A stretch of DNA of 64,000 nt from Perna viridis (lineage: Eukaryota), in NCBI GenBank assembly GCA_037379345.1, contig CM074516.1:44491626-44555625 (forward strand), given 5' to 3'. Made by a program: the position numbers and the translations under genes. This document shows positions 39,160 through 50,400 of the stretch, piece after piece. The notes below the pieces were generated by a model, which saw only the letters and a list, made by a program, of their open reading frames with translations, had not been told where the DNA came from and made no database searches. Position 1 is the first letter of the stretch, and every line of letters begins with the position of its first letter.

Positions 39160-39655
39160 TTTTTTTTCTACACTTAGAAATCAATGGTAGGGGAAAACTA
39201 TTGACCAGACTTTACGACAAACCTGATGACTTTTCATTCAGAATTGTCAACTTTCCTTTCATCTGTGGCAACATCCCTTCGGCTCCTGCGTATGGAGTGT
39301 TCATATCACAACTCATACGTTATGCCAGAGCTTGCCGAAACTACGCAGACTTTTTGTATCGCGCTAGAACTCTAACAAATAGGCTTCTGGAACAGGGTTA
39401 TGTTGCTACAAGATTGAGCAACTCGGCGGGTGTTTCTAGAAAAGCAGAGGACGCTTACCCTACCGGTGCACCTGGTCCATGCTTCCAGTTTTTAGTGGGG
39501 TCCGAGTTGCTCATTTACTTTTGTTACTTTGTATGTATGATTTTAGTTACTTTATGTTCTTTGTTGTGTATGTCTGTTTTCCATGTCTGGTCTTTGTCCC
39601 TGGATTACATTCTTTTGATTACCGCTGTAACCTTGGTTCCCTTGATTAATCTTTC
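39160..39655 (+). mobile_element. 3' fragment of a Naiad-type Penelope-like element (RT thumb plus pLTR), inverted relative to the 35833-37992 copy
   Basis: LYDKPDDFSFRIVNFPFICGNIPSAPAYGVFISQLIRYARAC...LLEQGY, then the terminal block CGGCGGGTGTTTCTAGAAAAGCAGAGGACGCTTACCC...CTTGATT, homologous to 36059-35833(-). Confidence 0.85.
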
Positions 39656-40611
39656 AGGTAGTTTGAATATTCTTTGGTAGGCTCGTCAAAGATGAAAGAT
39701 CAGATACTACATAAATGTATTGTATCATATAAAAGTTAATTTAAACTAAGGTGTAACTAAGAATTGACATTAACGGGTGAAATAGGGAAAATCTGAGATT
39801 CTGAAAACCCCTCTTTTTATAATTACATAACAATCGTAACTCCAAAGGGACGAGCAAGGGACTAAAATTGGCCAGATATGTTGGAAACTTGATTCTAAAT
39901 GCCAAGATAAAAATGTGAGAGTGTTGGTATGCTGTGAATTAGCATTTTATTTTGTACTAAGACCTTTTTAGGGCTAGGTGTAACATTATTTTTGTAGATT
40001 TTTTTTATTGTTTTCTTGGTTTCATGGTGTTTCTTAGAATATCAAATCATTTATCGAATTACACTATACCTGAGACGTTTTCGTTTTGCAATGACATATA
40101 GAATCGAATTTATGCAACTTTTTATGGAAAATTTTAGTAATTTTTGCAAAATCCTGACAATAAAAATCGCCACGAATCATCAAAAGAGCCCAAAAAGTAT
40201 TAATTTCATATGATGATACTTTACATAAAATATCCAAGAAGCCATTTTTGAAATAAAGCATAAACAGTCTAGATATTCTGACATTGTAAATATATTTACA
40301 ACGCCTGAATATCTAGACTTCTTATGCTTTATTTTTCGACAGGGTAGGGGAACATATTTGCATTCAACCTAAAACCGTAACTCTATAATAGAATTGAGGC
40401 CGCAACTTGTACTTGCTTTAATTCCTTAGAGACCCTGGAATCCATGATGATACCTGCATATTTTGACTGACTTTGTTCAGCATGTTCTGAATGTAGATTG
40501 TAGTATAAAAGACCTAATAAATTTGGATTTTTGCATCAACTAAGTGGGGGAAATACAAAAAAATGCTTCAGCTTATATTTTTTCGACAAATTAATTTTTT
40601 TACGGTACATG

Positions 40612-40975
40612 TGCAGATCTCACAATCTATGGGACAAAGAATAAGCATGCAGGTCTCACAATCCACGGGACAAAGACGAGATTGTGAAGACCTCACAATG
40701 CACTCACGAGATTGAGCAGACCTCACAATTCAGGGGACAAGGACGACACAGGGCAAATATTATAACTTTAGGGGACAAACAGGAGGTAAAAACAAATATC
40801 ACAACCCAGGCGGCAAAGACGAGGTTTAACAGATATCATATTCCAGGGGATAAAGACAATCAGATTTTACAATTTAGGAGATAGACAAGATGGATCAGAT
40901 TTCACAATATATGGAGGACATAGATTGGCCAATACAGCTCTTACAATCCAGGAGGCAAAGACGAAACAAAGCAGG
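40612..40975. repeat. Degenerate ~37-bp tandem repeat (GCAGATCTCACAATCCAGGGGACAAAGACGAG-like)
   Basis: About 10 diverged units visible. Confidence 0.75.
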
Positions 40976-43249
40976 ATTTAAAATAAATTGTCATTATGCT
41001 CATCCAAACAAAAAATGACATCGGATAATAAACTGTATCACAGAAAGAGTTAAAGATTAAAATAAACCAATCATATTAATATTGCATGTTTCGGTATGCT
41101 GTAAAAGAGTTTCAAAGATTAATCTCTTATCTGCAGCATTAGAACCAAATACATAGGAAGCTCGAATTTAAACAAGTGATCGGAATGGTAAAGGTTAGAT
41201 AAAATTTACAAAACAATTAGATATTAACCACTTTGACTGAATGTTCACTGTTAATGCGTTTCGTGTTCAGTCTCTATAATTTCTCCAGTAGTGCTAGAGG
41301 TTGTCTGGCAAGCTATTTTCTGACTTGGTGCCATCCTGTTGGGGTATGGAGGAACGGAATTCCAACCTTTTACGTTGTTGGAGATACTATGCAATACATG
41401 TATAGCCTGTAGTAGAATGTAGACACATATTCAACCATTGAACTATGCAGCTCTAAAATTTATTTCTATTGCTTATATGTCCCTTTTTAGCAGAATATTT
41501 ACAAATACGTTTTATAAAGATTCTCTGGATTTCAAAGAATGAACAAATATCATTAAATTTCTGAATGAACTCAAATAAACTTCTTGTTGTAAATCGTTGA
41601 TATTCAAATTCCAATATTATAATTTTGAATGACATTCAATTTATCTTTAAACACGTGCTATCGTGGCATTGTGCAAATTTGTGTGATATTCAGGTTCGTT
41701 GTTGGTTTACATGGAATTTCTTGGTGAATGAACACAAAACTATCTGACACCCTTCATAATTGAATTAGTCTTTCCATTCAGTTTCTATATTTCAACTCGA
41801 AATTCAACTGCCAGTCAAATCGTCCGAACTTAAGCTACAATCCTTGAAAACAATTCCACATTCCTCTCAACTAGCCACAACTAACTTCACTGATAAGCTA
41901 CTGCTCCTCTGCTACAAATTGCTGCATAGACACCTAATATATGTGTCCTGTAACAGCACTCAGTTTCCGGGTACTTAGATTCAGAGACAGGTTCGTACAT
42001 TAACATATACGTGAAATTCTTAGAATATGATCTCATCGATTAGTTTTGTTGAGGGAAACACCATAGTCGAGCACTTTTAAGTTCCCCGGAGCACCTACAG
42101 CACTGTTAATTACAAATAAATCTTGATAAACCTAGTTTTATATTAGATCTATCAATTGTTCTATTCAGTCACTGCATCCTGCAAATAGAATGGTCATTAT
42201 AAATATACCCCAAATCTTGCATAATATGGTGATATGGGCTGGAAGCCTTGCATAGTGAAACCATGGTCATGTATCTTTAGAATGTAGTTACGATTTACAA
42301 AATTGTGTAATGACAGATTGAACAAGAAAGTTTTTTTTTCTGCGGGCTAACAGACATTGTATCAATCGAATAAAAAAGTGGAACTTTAGAGTCCATAGTA
42401 AATTTAGAGTGTTGAATGTTAACCATTTTTGTAATACTGACTTTATTTTTGATAAAAGCTCTATAAAAAGCTTGAAGATATAGATTTTGATATCTTTAAA
42501 AATAAATGGCATCATGATTTAAATATAAATAGTCGCAGTATTCTGCGAACATATAGAATTTTTAAACATGAATTTGGTGCAGAAAAATATTTAAAATGTC
42601 AAATTCCTGCCCGGTTCGGAAGTGTTTTTTTTTCTAAATTTTGCTGCGGCTTTGTACCATTACGAATAGAGACTATTGGATATGAAGGTATTTTATGTGA
42701 AAATAGTCTTTGTTTTAATGATACATGTCGAAGTAACAATAATATTGAAGATGAGAAGCCTAAGTATTTTCATTCTAATCTTAAAGAGGTTTATTTCAGG
42801 TTTCCCGACAGTACTATTTTCCTGCAGCGATGTAAGAGATAATTACAGGGACTCAGAATAGGTTTTACAAATCTACGCTCAGGTGACTGCTAACAATTCT
42901 GATCTCCGATAGGCATTCCTCATTTTTTTAATATTTTGAAAGGTTGTCACATAAAGACTCCCCCTTTTTCTTTACATACTTCGAAGAAATTTCAATAATT
43001 AGTGTTCTTTAAATAGTTTGACAAAAGGAGACATTTCCTGTAAGACTCAATTATCTCGAAGTAATGTTCTGTGATATTGTTTTTAATGCTTTAATAATTT
43101 TTTTGTGTCACGTCTCCTTTAAGAAAAAGTATGAACAGGTACAAACTCTCGAGGGCTAAATAGGAAAAAAGGTCAAGATCTGCAATTCAATTTTCGTGAT
43201 TATTTGACTTATCACTGGAAAGAAAAAAGTTTGTTTAAAAAACAATTCT

Positions 43250-44590
43250 CCTGGATATATATTTAAAATTTTATTTTCAATGTACTCTAACACATCATAT
43301 AAAACAAAATTTTTAAATGGACTCAGCTCAACATTTCCCTCTGAACGCCGTGTTAAACAAGGTGACGTGTTGAGTCCTCTTCTGTTTAATTTCTTTATTG
43401 ACGGCTTAGTAAAACATCTTAACCAACCCAGTTTGGATCCAGACTCTTTTATAAATATACTGTTATATGCTGATGATATTGTATTATTGTCTGAGAGCCA
43501 ATCAGGGCTACAAAATTGTCTAAACAAATTATATACATATTGTGATTCATGGAATCCTCATGTTAACACTGATAAATCTAAAGTTATAGTGTTTAATTCA
43601 AATGGGAAAAGTCATAAAAATACATTCCTATATAATAATTTGAATATTGAAACTGTGTCACACTATAACTACTTGGGCATCACTATGAAACATAACGGTA
43701 ATTTTAATTTAGCTATAAATTCACTAACTGAAAAAGCAAGAAAAGCATTATATAAAATTAGAAAAATTGTGGGTATGAATAACCCTTGTAGACTCCTGGA
43801 AAAATTATTTAATTCACTTATTTCTCACACTCTATTATATTGTAGTAAAATTTGGGGTTTTGGTGTATCTTTGAAAGATTCTGACCCATTTGAAAAAAAT
43901 ACATATCAAATTTATTAAAGAGATATTAAGGGTCCACTGTAAAGCCCCCAGTGATGCTTGTAGAGCTGAACTGGGTAGACTTCCCCAGAAAAGTAAAATA
44001 AACATTGCAGCTATTGGGTATTTAAATCACATTTTATCTGATCAAAACACTCTAATATATGAACTATATAATACAACCAGATTGTCAAATTTATGGACAA
44101 AACAAATTGAAGGATTACTAAACTCCCTGGGATATAGTTATTTAATAAATCAACAAAACTTGCTTAAGCTACACTTGGAGCAAATCAAACAAAGAATTAT
44201 TGACCAGTGTATCCAAGAACAAAATCCCATAATATATAGCTCTTCCAAATTGTCATTTTTCCAAAGAGTCTATGAAATGGGTATAAGACCAGCTTACGTA
44301 GACAAATTATCTTGTTTATCTGATAGATCTTATCTGTGCAAACTTAGAATTAGTGCACATCATTTAATGATTAAAAAAGGAAGACATTTGAACATTCCTA
44401 GAAATAATAGATTATGTCCAGTTTATAATAGTGAAAACATTGAAGATGAAATACACTTTTTATTTAGTTGTAGTGAATATAATACACAGACAAATATGTT
44501 TCAAAATAAAATTTGCAACTCTCTTCCTGTTCTTAAAGTGTCTTCCTCCTTCACATCTAAATGCCTTCTAAGGAAAACTTTATTATAATT
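43250..44590 (+). mobile_element. 5'-truncated LINE ORF2 fragment (RTE-X-like): RT plus C-terminal CCHC-type region
   Basis: VKQGDVLSPLLFNFFID, LLYADDIVLLS, YNYLGI; frameshift near 43900; RAELGR; KLRISAHHLMI..GR..NIPR..RLCP.....IEDEIHFLFSC. Clade assignment is by motif recall. Confidence 0.85.
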
Positions 44591-44604
44591 ATTTCATATT
44601 TCTC

Positions 44605-45749
44605 AGTATTCTATTGAATGCTCTTGAACGCCAGTATGGCGTCTGCGGAGCGGCACTCCAATGGGTTGATTCCTATCCGAGACCTCGCAGTTGTAGAGTT
44701 ACTGTAAAGTCGGTCGTTCATCACAACGGGAATTAGACTGTAGTGTTCCTCAGGGAAGTTGTTTTGGTCCATGGCTATATCTGACCCAGGGACAATATTT
44801 GACATAGTGCCTCCATCAGTTACTAAGCTAAAGATGAACAATTCAAAAACAGAATTTATTCTTTTCGGGAGCCGGTCACAACTTGGCAAGTGTTCTACTA
44901 AAGAAATTTCTATTTGTGGCGAAAAAATTAAGTCAGAAAACTGTATCAGATATCTGGGTGCTTTTTTGGATGACGCTCTAAATTTCAAATAACATATAAA
45001 AAGGAAATGTAGAACAGCCATGATAATTTTTTTCAAGATAAAAAGTATTCGAAAATATTTGTCAAAAGAAGCCACGGAAACTCTAGTGTTATCTTTAGTT
45101 GTTTCACATTTGGATTATTGCAATTTTATTTTGTATGGTATTTCTCAGAACGAATTGTTAAAACTTCAACGCATTCAAAACATGTGCGCCAAATTGGTAT
45201 TGAATCGCTCAAAGTATGAGAGTTCTAAACATGCTCTATATGATTTACATTGGCTGCCAGTAAAAGCTCGAATCAGTTTTAGAATATTAACATACATGTA
45301 CAATTGTTCTGTTGGTAATGCACCCTCATATTTAATTAGTTTATTGTCTCCTCAAGTGTCTAAACGTACACTAAGGTCATCAGAGTCTTCTGTAGGTTGT
45401 TACGTTATTCCTTTTAACAAGAAGAAATCATTTTCAGATAGAAGTTTTTGTACTATCGGTCCTAAATTATGGAATGAGTTACCAGTTAGCATAAGAAATT
45501 CCAAATCTGTTGATATTTTCAAAAGTCAATTAAAGTCACTGTATTTTGAAGATTATTTTTCATTATTCTGCGCTAAAATAGTTGTAAGTTAACAGTGTAA
45601 GATGCCAGTTTTATTATTGGTATAAGTATATATATGTTTTGTACAGTTGCTCTGTTGTATGTTCATATTTTTATTTTTTGCATTGTACAACGCCATTGAA
45701 TATACATTGTGTAGGCGTTTAATAAAATAACAAAGTTTCAAAGTTTCAT
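44605..45749 (+). mobile_element. L2-clade LINE 3' fragment with an internal deletion and an intact 3' tail
   Basis: SVPQGSCFGPWLY, then a deletion removing YADD, then LKMNNSKTEFILFG, SHLDYCN, LHWLPVKARI, DRSFCTIGPKLWNELP. The 3'UTR stem-loop TGTACAACGCC...GGCGTT is followed by an (AAAGTTTC)n tail. Confidence 0.88.
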
Positions 45750-47418
45750 ATATCTTTGCATATAATGGGCCTTAACCATTTCTTATATCCGAGTTTGAAC
45801 CAATAAAATATTTGTATTTGTATTTGAAAATATGACCAAAAAAAAAATCATGCTTGGTATGCAGTGGTGAGTATGACAAAAAAAAATTCAGTAGATGGTG
45901 AAAAAATTGTTTCTGATAGACCCTGAAAAAAAATACAAGTAAAAAAGTTTGTCCCAGAAAAACATCTATTGAAAATACCCAGAAAATCAAATGGTTGTTG
46001 CCCTAGTTCATTACTGTGGTTGTAGGCTTGTAAAAATTCCTAGTTTAATATACTTATTCGAAGTGGAATCCGGAATTGTTTGTGGGACTCGGGAGATTTT
46101 GACGAGTCCCACAAACTTCTTGTTTTATAAGAAATTTGTAATCAAAATTGATTAATCGGGCCATGTGATTCAGCTAATCAAATATTTCTATTTCTATAAA
46201 GTAAAACTATCACTTCAATCATTTATAGAACACATCCGGTTTCAAATTACATGAAAACATAGGTACTCTGTAAGAACATGTAATATCAGTACTGTCTCGC
46301 ATTTGAAAAGGTATGGTTAGAAATAGTGACTTATTCCCCTTTCGTGGTATTTCACCGTTACTTGCGACGGGAGGATGTTTTATAACGGGAACAGCTTAGC
46401 TCATTCTTCAGATATGAATTTTATCTCTTAGTTTCGCTAAAAATTCACCCAAGTTACAAATTTTGCTAAAGATTCTCATTTTCTTTCGTTTCAGTTAAGT
46501 TTGAAAAATCTTAGTCAATAAACAACCACATGCGATCTATGCACCAATACTGTCAAGGAAAAAATGAAAACAGATACATTTGCATGCTCAATAATATCAG
46601 ATTTTCCCGTCTGATTGACGTCAATAGTAAGCCTTCAGGCAATGAAAAGCTATTCCATTCATCTCCCTGGGGTAAAGGTTAAAGTGTCTTTCCAACATAC
46701 CTGATTTGTAAAAATAGCTGAAAAATAGCAAATTTAAGTATGAACAGCAATTTCATCGTAGATTTTTGAAATGAAATAATGAATTATATACCCATAAATT
46801 TCATAATCGATTTTTTTCACAACTTGCACGAGGGGGGTTAAAAGAACAGCTAATTGAACAAGCTGTGTTGAAAAGAAATGCCTCGGACGCTTCACAACTC
46901 AATATTTGTATATCTGCGCTCAGTGGACAATTTACGCAAAAGAATTCCCGAATTTGATAGAAGTCATGCTCCGAGTTAAGAACGTATAATTTGACACAGG
47001 AAACGATTGGTACTTATTGAAAAGTAAAAGTATGAGTTATAAGCAATAAATTCTAAGTCCCTATAGAGGCGTATGAATCGCTACACTCGTCAGATATTCC
47101 CGCTTATTGAAGAGAACAACATAATACACTGTTTGATAAGACCATGCTGCCATCTGACTAAGATTTGTCCCTACTGCAATCTGCCTCCTATTCAATACAT
47201 GCGTGTTTATTGACAATTAAAGGACGCATCGCTGTACAAGAAAAGTCTCCAGGAACATGTGAGTTGATTATTCATAGATGTCACGGTCAATTTCTCGCTC
47301 TAGAAGGGTGGGTAAATAGAATTATGTTGAAGAAACTTTTCAGTGTGTGCAACAAAGACAGGAAATTGAAACAACTGGAGCTAACCGGAGGGCCAAGAAC
47401 TTTTCGGTAAGTCGAAGT

Positions 47419-50400
47419 ATGGAAAATGTTGGCCCTGGTAAAGGGCAAAATAGACAAGTAAAGAGCAAGAAGCTCAAATCGCCGAAGAATTTACGGGGAA
47501 ATACAATGGACTCGTTTCAAGATGGAGGCCAACAAAACATGAGCAATGAACAAGGCGAATACTTTAATCAAATGGAAGGGCCTAACATGAATGATATGAA
47601 TAACTTTCCCCCATCATCTAGGGAACAGATGATGGGGGTTGACAGTTACGGTAGAATGAACCCCATGATGCATCCAGGCCAAATGCAGGGGTACAATCCC
47701 TACAATCGTGAAAACTTTAACCCAGGCGATCAACATGGCGGAATGACAGGAAGTTCAGAAATGGTAAATCAAAATACTTTTCAGGCTGGTTATATGCAGC
47801 CTGGCATGAAGAGTGGTCACCCAGGAAATGCCAAGTCAAATATGATGCCCATGAGACCTCAGATGGGACCAGGGGGCCCTGGAATTCCACAGAACTACCC
47901 ACAAGGACCAAGATCTATGATGTCAGGACAAAGCATCTCTCAGCAGTCTGGACCTACTCCAACACTAAACCAATTACTCCAGACCCCAAACACACCTGGA
48001 CGAATGCATGGGAATGAGTATGGTGGTTTTCATCAAAAAGGGGGACCTGACATACAGTCACAAGGTTCCCCTTACAACATGCAGCAAGGTTGGAGTGGTA
48101 ATCGACAACCAGGCAACTTTCCACAAGGTCCAGGAACTCCCTACAGGGGCCAGGTAAGAACAATTTTATCTACTTTCACTTTGACTTTGGGAAGTCATTA
48201 ACAACCATGTGACATTAATCTATTGATCATGTTTGTATTGCCCGCCAGAGTTGTAAATAATCTTATCAATCTGGTTACATAATTAACTTTTCCTGTAGTG
48301 CTTTTACAATCCTTTGTATATATCTTTAAAATGATCATGTCAAATGATGCATGCATTTTACTGATGTTTACTTCTGCATTATTTTATTGCATGAGTAAAA
48401 AATCAATTTTGAATTTGGAGGCACAATGTTAACATGATTGACCTTTATCTGATTGGCTGGTAAGACCATAAAACAATCAATTAATCTCTGTGCTAGGATA
48501 ATCTATTTGTGTTGATAATAAAAGCAGAGAAGTTGGAATTCCCCTAAAATGTTGAATATTATCCAAGAAAATGAAAGTAACCCACTGTTGACAGTTGTTT
48601 GATTTGTGTGTACATGTTTATGGTTGGTTAGGTTTATAATGGTGCAGTAGTACAATTAATGAAATTGAAATTAGAATATATTTGAATCGTTCTAGCAGTT
48701 CACAAGGCTGTTATGTTGAAGATTAGTTAAGATATTCTTGTACTTTAGTGGTCTTCATACTCAAATATTTGATAATGATAAATGTGCTGATTTTGGGAGT
48801 TGTGACTTGCACCATTTTGGATTTAGGGATCAGATACAAGCATTTTCTTGCTGTTCAAACAATAACTAAAGTAAATTGAAGTTATGCCACAAGGTTTATA
48901 ACTATTATATGATGTGATAATGTCTTGCCTTGGTTTATTTGAGACAATCCTTCTATTTTGTAAGAAAGTTTTTTTTTGTAATTGACAAAATTTAGTATTG
49001 TGATCTGTTTTAATGTCCAATTTAAAATTAATACAGACTTTTTCCCAGAGTTGAAATTGAAATTTTGGATTTTTTTATTAGGATTTCGTAACTTGATTCC
49101 TCTAACCTTACTATGATTTGGCCAAATAAAAAAAAATATGTGTAGATCGCTTGTCACTTGTTTAAATAGAATAGGGTTGGTAGGTCCGTAATTCATTATT
49201 TTTTTAATCAACCCGTGAGGTCTGCTTGAAATGTCGCTATGTCCAGAAAAAGATTTAAGCTTAAGTGTTCATTGAAAATATTTTAACAACAAGTGATCAC
49301 TAGACAATCATCACAAACAGGAATGAAACATTGACAGGCTTTGAATTTTTGGCTTTAATTTGTCTCCTGACCACAGCTAGGATCTGTTTGGGGACTGGAA
49401 CCACTCATACTTTTTATTTGGCCTTTCTTTCTCTATGTAGCTGAATTTCACCTTTGTAAACCTGATTTTACCAATACAGTTCTTTTAATAACTATATTTA
49501 CAATTTTGCAAAATTCTGCAAAACAGAAGGTGACATCCAAATGCATGAAGAAAAAAAGAATTTTCTGTCAGTTCTGTTCTCAGTCTTTTTTTCTTTAACA
49601 CACAATTTGAACTCGAGTTCTGAATTTATTTTTGAAAGCTAAATTTGCTTTCTGCAATTTTTCAAAGCATGTAGTGAAGCTTTTTAAGTTGCTAATATTG
49701 TTAGTGACTTCTTGCACTCGTTATTTCAGTACTTTATATTCATATATGATTTGCATAATTATATATTAATACTCCATGTAATGCTCCAGATCTGTGCCAT
49801 ATTTACCACCATAGTGTCATAGTTCTAGCTTAATACGAGATAAAAATGTACTTCTGAAATATCATACATGTGTGTTCTACCTGTGTTTCTTGCTTGTATG
49901 AGAATGGGAAGTTTACATGAAATGATAGGTTAGCATTGGACATTACCCAGTTTCCGATTCAGGTACAGGAGCTTGTTACAAGACTATATAGGTCAAATAC
50001 ATTAGCACGGCCCTGATATCTGTGGGTATTCATTGCCAGTTGTTTAATTGGGTTCCTAATCTGGTTCCCTGGTCAATATCATAAGTGACCTAAAGATCGC
50101 TACCAAAGTACCTCTAACATATAGTTTACATTAAAAGATGCAAAGATCGGTTAGCATTGAATTTATGTAACATTACTTAGTTTCCAATTCAAAATACAGG
50201 GGTCCTTTACAATTGACTAAGTATATGTCATACATGTATATATTATCAGGACCCTGAAATCTATGTATAGCCATTTCCAATTGTTTAAGCTGGTTCCAGG
50301 TAACTGAAAACATTCAGGTCATCACAGTTACGAAAGAGTATGCAATCATTTGAAGGGAACCAAGATTTTAGTGGAAGTTACCTTCTTTTAGAGAATATTG

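Noticed and set aside
38946-39680. 244-aa hydrophobic 'membrane protein' ORF
   Set aside because: A chimera of a T-rich tandem repeat, a Penelope-like RT C-terminus and non-coding pLTR.
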